Position numbers and translations under genes: made by a program. Below, piece after piece: positions 27,697 to 37,858 of a stretch of DNA of 64,000 bases (its first letter is position 1; each line of letters begins with the position of its first letter). The DNA is taken from positions 18,832 to 82,831 of the forward strand of contig CAJOCL010000010.1 in assembly GCA_905233565.1 (NCBI GenBank), given 5' to 3'. The notes under the pieces are model-generated. The model was not told the origin of the DNA. It ran no database searches and saw only the letters and a program-made list of their open reading frames with translations. This DNA comes from an uncultured Synergistales bacterium. Its GTDB lineage: Bacteria > Synergistota > Synergistia > Synergistales > Aminobacteriaceae.

Positions 27697-28473
27697 TTGC
27701 TTCATTCAATTATATTAGGAGCAGTTCAGGGGTTATGCGAATTTCTGCCCGTCAGCAGTTCGGGGCATTTAGCGATCTTTCAAATTTTCATGGGCTTCAG
27801 CGAAAATCTTGTAGCTTTTGATATTCTTTTGCATTTTGCAACGCTTTTAGACATTCTGAATATATTGACTGACTGGTTTTCGGGCTGGGTGTCAGCAAAT
27901 AAACGCCGTTCGGGCTGGTCATACGGCTGGGCGGTGATAATAGCGTCATTGGTAACTGCAATAATCGGGCTTACGTTGAAATCAACAGTTGAAAAGGCTT
28001 CCGAAAGTTTAATAATTGTCGGAGCTGGTGAACTTTTCACGGCTTTGATATTGCTTCTTGTGCCGCAGTTTTCAAAGTCAAGAAAAAATTCATCCCTCAT
28101 GATTACCGCAATAGCTGTCGGATTTGCTCAGGGCGTTGCAGTAATGCCGGGTATTTCGCGCTCGGGAATGTCAATAGCTATGGGGCTTTTCATGGGGCTT
28201 GGAATAAGTGAGGCTTTCCGGTTTTCTTTCTTAATCTCAATCCCTGCAATACTCGGCGCGACTTTGCTTGAGTGCTTGAAATTCATTAAGGGCGGGGAGG
28301 CTGCCTTTTTGCCTGAAGGCTGGATTTTCGGGGCTGTAACGGCTTTCATACTCGGCTTATTGTCATTGAAATTCATGAAGGGTCTTGTTGATGCAGGAAA
28401 ATGGGCGTATTTCGGCCTTTACTGCCTTATTATCGGTTCAATAGCCGTCTTGATGGGGGCGGGGCTGATATGA
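27697..28473 (+). CDS. uppP: Undecaprenyl-diphosphate phosphatase
   Basis: 258 aa with a TTG start. ILGAVQGLCEFLPVSSSGHL and PGISRSGMSI are the two BacA/UppP signature motifs. Confidence 0.9.
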   Translation: MLHSIILGAVQGLCEFLPVSSSGHLAIFQIFMGFSENLVAFDILLHFATLLDILNILTDWFSGWVSANKRRSGWSYGWAVIIASLVTAIIGLTLKSTVEKASESLIIVGAGELFTALILLLVPQFSKSRKNSSLMITAIAVGFAQGVAVMPGISRSGMSIAMGLFMGLGISEAFRFSFLISIPAILGATLLECLKFIKGGEAAFLPEGWIFGAVTAFILGLLSLKFMKGLVDAGKWAYFGLYCLIIGSIAVLMGAGLI

Positions 28474-29039
28474 GCAAAATTATATTAGCGTCGGGCAGTC
28501 CGAGACGTAAAACGCTGCTTGCAAATCTGGGGCTTACTTTTGAAGTTTTCAAGCCTAAGATAAACGAGGACAGAGTATCAGGGGAACGCCCGGCAAGATA
28601 CTGCGTCAGGCTTGCAAGGACAAAGGCTACGGCAGTCGCTGAAAGATTCAGCAATGATATAGTTATAGCCGCTGATACTATCGTTGTAATTGATGATGAG
28701 ATTCTCGGCAAGCCCTCAGACCGTGAGGACGCAAAAAGAATGCTGAACAAACTTTCAGGCCGTGAACATGAAGTAATGACGGGGCTTTCAGTTATACATG
28801 GCGATAATGTCTACGTTCACTGTGAAAGAACGGGCGTAAAGTTCAGGGAATTAAGCGAAGATGAGATTAACGCGTATTCAGAAACGGGAGAAGGGGACGA
28901 CAAAGCCGGAGCTTATGCCGTACAGGGCAAAGGCGCGCTTTTAATCGAGGGGATAACGGGAGATTATTATAACGTTGTCGGCCTTCCAATCTGCAAATTA
29001 GGCGAAATCCTGAAATCTGAAGGCTTCAAGATTTTGTGA
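28470..29039 (+). CDS. maf: Maf-family nucleoside-triphosphate pyrophosphatase (septum formation protein Maf)
   Basis: The ORF track begins at 28401. ATG 28470 forms an ATGA overlap with the uppP stop and gives MSKIILASGSPRRKTLL. DTIVVIDDEILGKP and GAYAVQGKGALLIEGITGDYYNVVGLP are Maf motifs. Confidence 0.9.
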   Translation: MSKIILASGSPRRKTLLANLGLTFEVFKPKINEDRVSGERPARYCVRLARTKATAVAERFSNDIVIAADTIVVIDDEILGKPSDREDAKRMLNKLSGREHEVMTGLSVIHGDNVYVHCERTGVKFRELSEDEINAYSETGEGDDKAGAYAVQGKGALLIEGITGDYYNVVGLPICKLGEILKSEGFKIL

Positions 29040-29044
29040 TATAA

Positions 29045-29062
29045 CCCCCTTTTTATAGGGGG
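29045..29062. terminator. Short hairpin between convergent maf and lpxK-fusion genes
   Basis: CCCCCT-ttttat-AGGGGG followed by CATTTCAATTTTTT. It overlaps the last codons of the minus-strand gene. Confidence 0.5.
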
Positions 29063-31275
29063 CATTTCAATTTTTTGTATACATTCTCCCTGATTTCCCA
29101 GCCTAAATTTTTGCCTGTAAAATTAACAACGTCATCACAGGCTCCGCAGGTTCCCATTCTTTTCTGTCCCGTAACACTCATGTATTCATAAAGATTTTTA
29201 TCTTCAAGGACTTTCAGGGCACATTCGGATATTGCCTCAGCACTGAAAGACGTTAAAATCTCAGCATCGCCGAGCAGTTTTTTCTGAACGCGTTTTCCCT
29301 TGTTATCGGGGGCGATTACGGGAACTCCCAGCCCTGCACATAACTGGTTTGCAGTTCCTCCCATTCCAAGCAGTATACAGACATCGTTAATTGCTTCCGT
29401 AACATCTTTATCAGTAATTTCTATAATAATGCCTGATTTTATTAAATTATTATTGACATGTTCCCAGCCTTCATTTTTGCAGGACGAATAGAACGGCATT
29501 TCATCGAGCGTCGGGGCAAGTACCATTCTGAATTTGAATTTTCCGCTGCTTCTTGAGTTCAATATTTCTACAGCTGAAAGCAATGTTTTAACGTCATTTG
29601 CCGCACTCTTACGGCTTCCCGGCAGCAATAAAATTACATTGCCCTTTGAATTTTCAGGTTTACTGTTACCGGCCAGATCCATTATCGGACTTCCCGAATA
29701 AACTGCATTTTTACCGATCTGAGAGGCTGTCGGGGCATCCCTTGTCCAAGTTCTGAGGGTGAAATTTCTGATTATCATTCTTTCCGTCTGCCAATGCCCT
29801 GAAATATAAACAGTCTTAGCTGTAGCCATAAATAACGGCCGTTTGCCTGAACCGTAAAGAGCGTGTAAAAGCAGATAAACATCACCGACACAGATCGGAG
29901 TCAATATATTTTTTGAAATTTTCCTCCAGTCTTTTAACTGTTCGCGGACCTGACGTATTAACCCCGCTCTCATGTCGCCCCATAAATCTTTAAGCGAATA
30001 TTTAAGGACACCGCCCGAAGGAGTTACGGATCTTGCCGACAGTACGTTTATTCCCTCCCGTAAATAAGCCTCTCCCCTGCCGACTAAAGGGAACGCGTTA
30101 ATCTCAGCATATTTGTATTTATCCCTTAATTTTTTTGCTAACACGCTTCCGATTGCGTCCTCTCCGTAACCGTTTGAAGATACTATAATTCTCGGCTTTA
30201 ATTTATCAGTTACGGCATTATAGAATTTTTCAGGCTCATTGACTGCGGCTTCAATTTCAGGGACGATTAAAGGGACATCATGAGGCCATGAATGAATCTC
30301 AGGAAGGTTATACAGGTCTTTTTCAGTGCATATTAAAGCGTCTGAATTTGTATCTTTTGCTGCTTTACACAACATCTCAGTATCTTTGAGGGTATATCTG
30401 TGATGATCAGTAAAATTCTTATAGCCTTTTATGTTCAGTCCTAAATCTTTTACTGTATGCTGAAAACTTTCTGGGCTTCCGATTGCCGAAAAAGCAAAAA
30501 CGTTCATTCCTTCATGAGGCTCTATATTTCTGCCGTATTTCAGCCAGCCCGTAAATTTTAGGCATGACGTAAAAATCAGATTTTCAGGGACATATTTCAT
30601 AATTTTTTGTTTCAGGTCATCAAGTTCATGACTGCTTACCATGTCAGATTTTGAAATTATTACAATATCCGAACGCTTCAAGGCTTTTATATTTTCGCGC
30701 AGTATCCCGGCCGGAATTAATTTCCCGTTTCCGAAAGGGCATAAAGCATCAATTAAAACAATGTCGCAGTCCCTTGACATGCCCCTGTGCTGGAAAGCGT
30801 CATCAGCAATTACAAGCTCAATGCCGATTTTCCGAAGTTCATTAACTCCGTCAATCCTTCTTTTAGCTATTGCAACGGGGACATCAGGAAGCTCACGGGA
30901 AAGCATTAAAGGTTCGTCGCCCGTAATATTCCTGTCTCCCTCGCCGCCGTAAAGTATTATTACGCTGTTGTTTTTTCCCGTATAGCCGCGTGTAACTATG
31001 CCGGTTTTAACGCCTTTTGATAACGCCCATTGAGCGAGCATTTTAACGGAAGGGGTTTTATTCGTTCCGCCGTAAGAAAGATTGCCGGCACTTATAACGG
31101 GCAGTGAAGGCTCATCAGTTTTCAATATTCCCCGAAGCCTCAAAAAGTCAGCAAGTTTCACGTAAAGCCCCGTAATCCATGAGGCAGGCGAAAATATAAT
31201 GTTGAAAAGCGTGTTAATCTCTATGCCCCTGACATGACGCATATATAAATCACTGCATTCTGCACAGTTCAGCAT
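29053..31275 (-). CDS. lpxK: Fusion protein: tetraacyldisaccharide 4'-kinase (LpxK)-like N-terminal half + LpxB-related GT-B glycosyltransferase-like C-terminal half
   Basis: 740 aa. The N-terminal half (PVISAGNLSYGGTNKTPSV, GIVTRGYTG, IADDAFQH) is LpxK-like. The C-terminal half begins RIIVSSNGYGEDAIGSVLAKKL, like the lipid-A-disaccharide-synthase-related family. The alternative start ATG 31242 avoids overlap with msbA. Confidence 0.7.
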   Translation of the reverse strand: MLNCAECSDLYMRHVRGIEINTLFNIIFSPASWITGLYVKLADFLRLRGILKTDEPSLPVISAGNLSYGGTNKTPSVKMLAQWALSKGVKTGIVTRGYTGKNNSVIILYGGEGDRNITGDEPLMLSRELPDVPVAIAKRRIDGVNELRKIGIELVIADDAFQHRGMSRDCDIVLIDALCPFGNGKLIPAGILRENIKALKRSDIVIISKSDMVSSHELDDLKQKIMKYVPENLIFTSCLKFTGWLKYGRNIEPHEGMNVFAFSAIGSPESFQHTVKDLGLNIKGYKNFTDHHRYTLKDTEMLCKAAKDTNSDALICTEKDLYNLPEIHSWPHDVPLIVPEIEAAVNEPEKFYNAVTDKLKPRIIVSSNGYGEDAIGSVLAKKLRDKYKYAEINAFPLVGRGEAYLREGINVLSARSVTPSGGVLKYSLKDLWGDMRAGLIRQVREQLKDWRKISKNILTPICVGDVYLLLHALYGSGKRPLFMATAKTVYISGHWQTERMIIRNFTLRTWTRDAPTASQIGKNAVYSGSPIMDLAGNSKPENSKGNVILLLPGSRKSAANDVKTLLSAVEILNSRSSGKFKFRMVLAPTLDEMPFYSSCKNEGWEHVNNNLIKSGIIIEITDKDVTEAINDVCILLGMGGTANQLCAGLGVPVIAPDNKGKRVQKKLLGDAEILTSFSAEAISECALKVLEDKNLYEYMSVTGQKRMGTCGACDDVVNFTGKNLGWEIRENVYKKLKCPL

Positions 31276-32998
31276 AAAGACCCCCTAATTTCAATAATTC
31301 GTCGTGATTTCCGCATTCAGTGAAACGCCCGTCCTGTATCACATAAATTCTGTCGGCATTCCTTATCGTGCTTAACCTGTGAGCTATTATTATTGACGTT
31401 CTGCCCTTCATGGCCTGATTTAACGCTTTTTGAACTGCATGTTCTGACGCAGTATCAAGTGAACTTGTAGCCTCATCGAGTATCAATATTTTAGGATCTC
31501 TTATAACTGCCCTTGCAATAGCTATTCTCTGACGCTGTCCGCCTGAAAGCGTAACGCCCCTTTCGCCGACAAGTGAGTTATAACCGTCCGGGAGGCTTTC
31601 TATAAATTCCCTTATATCCGCAATTTCAGCAGCATTTATTATTTTATTCATGTCATGTTCTCTTAATCCGTAAGCAATGTTAAAAGCTATAGTACCTCTC
31701 ATTAATATACATTCCTGAGGAACTATGCCTATCTGCTGCCGTAAATCTTTGAGGCTGAAATCCTGTATATTATGGCCGTCAATTAATATTTTTCCTGACG
31801 ACGGCTCATAAAATCTGGGTATGAGATCGGCAATCGTTGATTTCCCCGAACCTGTGGGGCCTGCAATCGCTATTTTTTCACCCGCTTCAATCTCAAAATT
31901 TATGTCGTGAAGTATTTCCTGTTTGTCATAACTGAAATTTACATGTTCAAATTTTATATTGCCTTTTACCGTTATATTTTCAGATTTTGAAGTGTTATCA
32001 TCTTCAGCAGGGATATTTAAGACTTCCGAAATCCTCTCCGCGCTCGCAAGTCCCGTCTGCAGATAGCCCATTTGATTCATGACGCTTCTTATAGGCTGTA
32101 CCATGAAAGCAATATAGCCGGTGAATGAAACTAATTCGCCCGGTGTCAAATCGCCGTTGATGACAAGCTGCCCCCCTGCCCTGAAAATTACGGCAAGTGC
32201 AGCTATAAGAAAAACTTCAATAACTCCCGCTAAAATTGACTGAACTGAAACGGCCTGCAAAAGTGCCGAGTAATTTCCCCTTCCTGCCTCTTTGAAGCGT
32301 TCAAGTTCCTCATCTTCATTTGCGAATGACCGCACTACCCTCACCGCGCTGAAAGCCTCCTGAGCCGTTGCGGTAATATCCGCTAAATGTTCCTGTACGC
32401 TGTGTCCGGCAATACGTAATTTTTTCCCTGCGAATGATAACAGCATTCCGACAAACGGAAGGACGATAATAATTAAACATGTTAATTTCCAGTTTATATA
32501 TATAATAAAAGCGAACATTCCAAGAAAAGTGATTAAATTGAACATAAGATCAATAAAAGTTGTCGTTACTATATTCTGAAGTGTCGCAGCGTCCCCAGTG
32601 ATTCTGCTCATAAGTTCGCCGGTTCTTGAAGCGTATATAGTGCCGAGTTTCATTCTCAGCATGTGATTATAAAGCGCGTTCCTTATGTCCATAACAACGC
32701 CCTGCCCGGCCTCGTTCATGAAGTAACGCTGAAAATATGAAGTTATTGATTTAAGTGTGAATATTATGACCAGTGAAATGCAGATTATATTTAACATCAA
32801 AGTATTGCGCTGTATCAGAACATCATCGACAACTGACTTGAACATGTAAGGCGGAAGGACGTTAAGCCCTGAAGACAGCAGCATGAATAAAACAGCAAGA
32901 ATGATTTTCACTCTGTAAACTTTCGTGTAGCTGAACAGCATTTTAACAGGCTCAGAAACCGTCATTTTCAACATCTCCCGTTCCCGTCGCAATATCAC
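31250..32998 (-). CDS. msbA: ABC transporter permease/ATPase, lipid A exporter MsbA-like
   Basis: 582 aa. Six-TM exporter domain plus NBD (GPTGSGKST, LSGGQRQRIAIARA, ILILDEATS). It is embedded between lpxB-like and lpxK-like genes. Confidence 0.75.
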   Translation of the reverse strand: MILRREREMLKMTVSEPVKMLFSYTKVYRVKIILAVLFMLLSSGLNVLPPYMFKSVVDDVLIQRNTLMLNIICISLVIIFTLKSITSYFQRYFMNEAGQGVVMDIRNALYNHMLRMKLGTIYASRTGELMSRITGDAATLQNIVTTTFIDLMFNLITFLGMFAFIIYINWKLTCLIIIVLPFVGMLLSFAGKKLRIAGHSVQEHLADITATAQEAFSAVRVVRSFANEDEELERFKEAGRGNYSALLQAVSVQSILAGVIEVFLIAALAVIFRAGGQLVINGDLTPGELVSFTGYIAFMVQPIRSVMNQMGYLQTGLASAERISEVLNIPAEDDNTSKSENITVKGNIKFEHVNFSYDKQEILHDINFEIEAGEKIAIAGPTGSGKSTIADLIPRFYEPSSGKILIDGHNIQDFSLKDLRQQIGIVPQECILMRGTIAFNIAYGLREHDMNKIINAAEIADIREFIESLPDGYNSLVGERGVTLSGGQRQRIAIARAVIRDPKILILDEATSSLDTASEHAVQKALNQAMKGRTSIIIAHRLSTIRNADRIYVIQDGRFTECGNHDELLKLGGLYAELCRMQ

Positions 32999-34079
32999 AG
33001 AGCCTTGAGGCCGCGCCAGATTTCCCGGATTTTGAAATCATGAGCATGTCTTCGCGTATATTTTTCAGGCTTTCTTTATCGCCCAGACGTTCTCTTAACT
33101 TCTCTGCTATTAATTCAGGCGTTACATTTCCCCATAATTCAGTAAAAATATTTGCCTGGAATGTCCTGTTAGGCAGCGAGATAAACCCGTTCCATTTTTC
33201 AATCGTTTTCATAAGGGCGTAACGTCTCAGACTTTTGCCGATTAACGGCAGATTCGCCGCAATTCCTGCAATTCCTGAAACGGGCATATATTCCAGGAAA
33301 ATTTCAGGAGCCGTAACTATTGCCGGAAGTCCGCAGTACATAAGTTCAAAGTTATTTGTTCCCGGCTGGGTTATGGCAAAGTCAGCATTTGTCATGGCCA
33401 CGCCTGCAGGGATTCTAAAGGGTTCCAGGCCGGCTTTTTTCCATTTCTGAAGCTCAAACTCAGGCATAAACTGAGGGAAAAGAGAACGTATCCTGACATT
33501 CGGAATTTTTGACTGTATGCAGTCCCTTAAATGACAAAGCCAGTTCATAACGGCTGAACGTATATTCGGCCTGCTGCCGGGAAGCAGCAATATTCGCGGT
33601 GATTTTGGATCTTCTTTCCATTTCCAGGAATTTGAAGACGCTGTCATCATGTCAAGCCTCACTGCATCTTTGACTAAATCGCCTATAACGCTTACTGAAT
33701 AAATATTATTGACCTGCTCATTATAAGCTGTCAGAAGTTTAACGCCCGGAATATCTTTTTTGTGCCTGTAACTGAAAACTGTTAAAGGGGCATGAGAATA
33801 TTTTGACATTCTTAAACCGAATGAAATATCTCCGCCCAATTGAATTACCCTGTCAGTATTTTCATGTGTTACGTTTTTCCAGGTTGATGATGCTGATGAA
33901 GGGCCTTCGAGTTTGTCAACGCCCAAGAGTGAAGCGGCCTCACGCTCATGTCCTGATGAAAAAGTACAGGGAAGAAGCCATAAAGATATTGAGTGTCCGC
34001 GCCGCCTTAATTCGTGGGCAACCGGCCTCACCCAGCCCCATAACTCGCCGGGTCCGTTAGTTAATATAGTAATACGCAA
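32952..34079 (-). CDS. Lipid-A-disaccharide synthase-like glycosyltransferase (LpxB/GT19-related, tentative)
   Basis: 375 aa. MRITILTNGPGELWGWVRPVAHEL and LLLPGSRPNIRS resemble the LpxB-type N-terminal Gly-rich loop and the PGSR motif. It is the first gene of the lipid A cluster. Confidence 0.5.
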   Translation of the reverse strand: MRITILTNGPGELWGWVRPVAHELRRRGHSISLWLLPCTFSSGHEREAASLLGVDKLEGPSSASSTWKNVTHENTDRVIQLGGDISFGLRMSKYSHAPLTVFSYRHKKDIPGVKLLTAYNEQVNNIYSVSVIGDLVKDAVRLDMMTASSNSWKWKEDPKSPRILLLPGSRPNIRSAVMNWLCHLRDCIQSKIPNVRIRSLFPQFMPEFELQKWKKAGLEPFRIPAGVAMTNADFAITQPGTNNFELMYCGLPAIVTAPEIFLEYMPVSGIAGIAANLPLIGKSLRRYALMKTIEKWNGFISLPNRTFQANIFTELWGNVTPELIAEKLRERLGDKESLKNIREDMLMISKSGKSGAASRLCDIATGTGDVENDGF

Positions 34080-34173
34080 AGAAAAATCCCCCTTTTTAAG
34101 AAAATAATATAATACTCCAAATCTCCATAATGATAAACGATAATATAATTATTGGTAAGGAGGCTGATTTTTT

Positions 34174-35412
34174 ATGAAAAAGTTAATAGCAGTAATCATT
34201 TTCACATTAACATTAACGGGTACGGTATACGCTTCTGTCTGGGACGATGTAACAGGTTATGCATCGGGCGCGTGGGATTACGTAACGGGTTTTTTCACGG
34301 GAGACAGCAAGGACAAGGAAGTCAAAAAAAATGAAGATACTCTGCCTGATTATATAGCGTCAGACTGGAAGGAACTCAGCGAAAATTTAACGGATGCTCT
34401 TGCTCTCAGGGAAAAAAATGAGACACTCCCCAACAAAACATGGCTGCCGTTCACTGAGGACAAGGAAAGCAATTCAGCAAAGATCAACGCTCTTTTAGAC
34501 CGTGCATTGATAATTTTGTCCGACTCGGGGGCAGGGAATGCAAGAAGAAAAGCAATTCAGTTAAAGGCAAAAATAAACTCACTGCGTTCTGAAATTGACA
34601 CGATGAGAAACCAGAGAATCAATGCGCCTGAAAGCACGTATCTTTTCTGGCGCTTGACGAAGGGGAAAGCCGACGGAAAAATTGCGGAACTTGAGAAAGA
34701 ACTTTCGAGAACTGAGGCCGAGCTGAAATCACTGACCTCACGCCTTACAGCTGAACTCAAGGCAACGGGGCTTGAGCTTACGTCATCACAGGCTGATATA
34801 TTGTTAAACTCCGTAACGGGCGATGACATTCTGAACAACACGATAATTTTCGACAACGTTAAAGCCGTCGTAACGAAACTTGAGGAATTATCGCAGAATG
34901 ACACGAACACTCTTGATATTACAAGACGTTACACGGGAATGTATCTAGTTCTTAACGATATACTGATACATACTCAGGAAGAGTTAATAAAGCGTATAAA
35001 CTCAGAATACAAACCCAGATTACAGGAAATAATCAGGGAGGCCGATACTGTCAGGAAAGAAGCACTTTCACGGAGCAACAGCAAGGATTACACGCCCGAA
35101 CAGCGCAGGGCTTTCGCAATGAACGCAAAATCAAATTCAGCAACGATTGACGCCGCGAAACTTTACGGCGAATATTTGGACAGTCAGAGGCTCGCAATTA
35201 TGGACACGGTTAACCGCCTCAAGAAAAGCAGGGATTTAGCTGAAAATACTTACAAGACAGTCCGCAGCTCAGGAGAATTAAGGGGGCTTATACATTCAGG
35301 GCTGAATATTTTTGACTCAATCGGAAGCCTGACAATGCCGGATCTGAAAATGTTTGAGGGCGGGGCGATGAGACAGGAATTTGACGAAATTAATAGAAGG
35401 TTAAAAAAGTAA
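34174..35412 (+). CDS. Hypothetical secreted coiled-coil protein
   Basis: 412 aa. AAGGAGG lies upstream and MKKLIAVIIFTLTLTGTVYA|S is a signal peptide. Long heptad-like helical stretches follow. I recognise no family. Confidence 0.5.
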   Translation: MKKLIAVIIFTLTLTGTVYASVWDDVTGYASGAWDYVTGFFTGDSKDKEVKKNEDTLPDYIASDWKELSENLTDALALREKNETLPNKTWLPFTEDKESNSAKINALLDRALIILSDSGAGNARRKAIQLKAKINSLRSEIDTMRNQRINAPESTYLFWRLTKGKADGKIAELEKELSRTEAELKSLTSRLTAELKATGLELTSSQADILLNSVTGDDILNNTIIFDNVKAVVTKLEELSQNDTNTLDITRRYTGMYLVLNDILIHTQEELIKRINSEYKPRLQEIIREADTVRKEALSRSNSKDYTPEQRRAFAMNAKSNSATIDAAKLYGEYLDSQRLAIMDTVNRLKKSRDLAENTYKTVRSSGELRGLIHSGLNIFDSIGSLTMPDLKMFEGGAMRQEFDEINRRLKK

Positions 35413-35444
35413 AGACTAAACAAAGAAAAAAGTGAAAAAAAAAT

Positions 35445-35480
35445 ATCTCCTCTGAGACGTTTAATCATTTCAGAGGAGAT
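35445..35480. terminator. Bidirectional rho-independent terminator
   Basis: Perfect 11-bp stem ATCTCCTCTGA / TCAGAGGAGAT with a 14-nt loop. An A-run lies upstream and T-rich sequence downstream. It sits between convergent stops at 35412 (+) and 35491 (-). Confidence 0.8.
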
Positions 35481-35490
35481 TTAATATTAT

Positions 35491-36549
35491 TTACTCCGTA
35501 GTTTCAGGAGCAGTTGCAGGCATCGCGGGATTTTCCGCAACTTCCTCAAGACTCTTCTCAAGTGCGCTTGCAAGGCCGTTTGTGGCAGCGTCAATCTTCT
35601 TGTAAAGATCCCTGACTCCCTGTATTGCAAGAACATCGCTGAAGAACGAATTATCATAATTGATTATCGTCATTCCGCCCTTTTCAAGTATTGCCTTGTT
35701 GCTCTTGTCGATTTCCTCAAGTTTCGGGCGCATCTCCTGAAGTGCTTCAGCTACGGCCTTATCGAGAACCGCTCTGTGTTCGGGCTTTAATGCCTTATAG
35801 AGCTTGTCATTCATACATATCTGATTGCAGTACAGTATATGGTTTGTGCAGGCCAGGAACTTCTGGACTTCCTCGAAATGCGCACCGACACATGTATCTG
35901 CTGCGTTCTCCTGAGCGTTTACTGTACCGTTCTGAAGCGATATATAAAGCTCTGACCACGCAAGCGGTGTGGGCTCGGCACCTATGGCCGTCCAGAATGC
36001 CATATGGTTTGCATTTTCCATCGTACGAATCTGAAGCCCCGCAAAGTCTGAAAGCGTAGCGAGATTCTTGTTAGCCGTCGTCAGTCTGAATGTAGCATTC
36101 TGCATGAAGCCTAAGAGGTGAAGTCCGGCTTTTTCATAAGCTGCCGACATCTGACGGTGGAAATCAGAATCTCCGTTCAGAACTTTGTCGATCGTGTCCC
36201 CGTCATACCTCGCAAAGACCATAGGAAGGTCAAAAACTGCCATTTCAGGAATGAATGAAACTATCGGGGCTGTCTGACATACGGTTATGGCAATATAGCC
36301 CTTCTGAGCCTGACGAATCAAGTCAGCATCTCCGCCGAGTTCGCCGTTAGGGAAATAGTCAATTACAAGTCCTGAATTAGCTGCTTTTACTTTTGCCTGA
36401 ATTAACTGTGCAAATACCTGACCGGCCGCGCCCTTTGCCGTTGTGTCGGCGGTAACGAGCCACGTCTCGTCAAATTCTGACGCTCCGAACGCACTGCATG
36501 AACCCAGAGCCAGAACGAATACCAGCAGGGCAGTGATAAATTTTTTCAT
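35491..36549 (-). CDS. dctP: TRAP transporter substrate-binding protein (DctP family)
   Basis: 352 aa with signal peptide MKKFITALLVFVLALGSCSAFG. FDLPMVFARYD and the IRTMENANHMAFW region are typical of DctP-type SBPs. It is adjacent to dctM and dctQ. Confidence 0.8.
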   Translation of the reverse strand: MKKFITALLVFVLALGSCSAFGASEFDETWLVTADTTAKGAAGQVFAQLIQAKVKAANSGLVIDYFPNGELGGDADLIRQAQKGYIAITVCQTAPIVSFIPEMAVFDLPMVFARYDGDTIDKVLNGDSDFHRQMSAAYEKAGLHLLGFMQNATFRLTTANKNLATLSDFAGLQIRTMENANHMAFWTAIGAEPTPLAWSELYISLQNGTVNAQENAADTCVGAHFEEVQKFLACTNHILYCNQICMNDKLYKALKPEHRAVLDKAVAEALQEMRPKLEEIDKSNKAILEKGGMTIINYDNSFFSDVLAIQGVRDLYKKIDAATNGLASALEKSLEEVAENPAMPATAPETTE

Positions 36550-36565
36550 GATTTCTTGACCCCCT

Positions 36566-37855
36566 TTAACCTACAAGCCACGTGCTTATCGCAGGAATGT
36601 AAACGATCAACGCCAGCGACAGCAGGAACGCAATTATAAACGGTGTAGCCCTTCTTGCAACGCTCATCGGCTGATCCTGCGAGATATTTCCGGCAACGAA
36701 CAAATCAAGCCCGAACGGAGGTGTAGCAAGTCCGATTGACAGGCAGCATACAAGAACAACGCCGAAATGTACTTCATCAACGCCGAGCATTTTCACGGCA
36801 GGGAGAAGGACGGGTGCAAGTATTATTATTGCAGGGCCTGTATCCATAATCATGCCGAGAATTAAGAATATTATCGTGCAGACGCTCAGAACTGAGAATG
36901 AACTATGGAAGTTGTTCACGATGAAATCCTGAACCGCGCTTGTTGCATGTGTCAGTGATAAAACGCGCCCGAATGCCGTTGCAAACGCGAGAACGAATGC
37001 TAATCCGCCGTAAGTCTTAACTGAACTGACAAGGAATGCCGGCAGTGCGCTGAACTTTATTGTACGCTCAATGAACAGGCATACGATAATAGCATAGAAA
37101 ACTGAGACGACAGCCGCTTCGGTAGGTGTGAAAAATCCTGAGTATATACCGCCTAAAATTATAATCGGGCACATTAAAGCCCAGAATGAATCTTTGAACA
37201 ATGCCCAGAAACCGAGTGAGCTTATCTCGTCAAGCCTCGTCTTAATCTTTGCTTTGTCCTCGCCTTTTGTAGCACAGTAAAATACTGCATAAGCCATGAG
37301 GAACAGGCCGATTAAAATTCCGGGAATGACTCCGCCCAAGAATAATTTTCCGGTTGATACGCCCGTAGCCAGTGAATAAAGCACGAAAGGTATTGACGGG
37401 GGAATGATAACGCCCAATCCTCCTGCGACAGCTATTAATCCTGCTGCCCATGTCTTGTTATAGCCCAAGTCGACCATGAAGGGAACGCACATAGCGCCGA
37501 CTGCTGCGGTTGTTGCAGGTCCTGAGCCTGAAATTGCCCCGTAGAAAAGGCACGTAAGAACGACCGCGCAGGGAACTCCGCCTGTGAAACGCCCGACGAA
37601 ATAAGCAAAGAAGTTAAACAGCTTCTTTGAAATTCCGCCCTCTGCCATGATAACGCCGCCGAGAATGAATAACGGCACTGCAAGTATAGGCGTTGAGTTT
37701 GCGCCCGACAAAGTATTGTCAACTATCTGGGGAATAACTCCGCCTCTAGCCATCATGAGAATCGGAGCGACTGAACCCAGTATCATGCTTACGCCGATCG
37801 GTATTGAAAGAATGATTGCTACAAGGAACACTACGAATACTAATAAAGCCGCCAT
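36566..37855 (-). CDS. dctM: TRAP transporter large permease (DctM)
   Basis: 429-aa polytopic protein (PLFILGGVIMAEGGISKKLF, ISGSGPATTAAVG, MIMDTGPAIIILAP). Confidence 0.9.
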   Translation of the reverse strand: MAALLVFVVFLVAIILSIPIGVSMILGSVAPILMMARGGVIPQIVDNTLSGANSTPILAVPLFILGGVIMAEGGISKKLFNFFAYFVGRFTGGVPCAVVLTCLFYGAISGSGPATTAAVGAMCVPFMVDLGYNKTWAAGLIAVAGGLGVIIPPSIPFVLYSLATGVSTGKLFLGGVIPGILIGLFLMAYAVFYCATKGEDKAKIKTRLDEISSLGFWALFKDSFWALMCPIIILGGIYSGFFTPTEAAVVSVFYAIIVCLFIERTIKFSALPAFLVSSVKTYGGLAFVLAFATAFGRVLSLTHATSAVQDFIVNNFHSSFSVLSVCTIIFLILGMIMDTGPAIIILAPVLLPAVKMLGVDEVHFGVVLVCCLSIGLATPPFGLDLFVAGNISQDQPMSVARRATPFIIAFLLSLALIVYIPAISTWLVG

Positions 37856-37858
37856 TGA

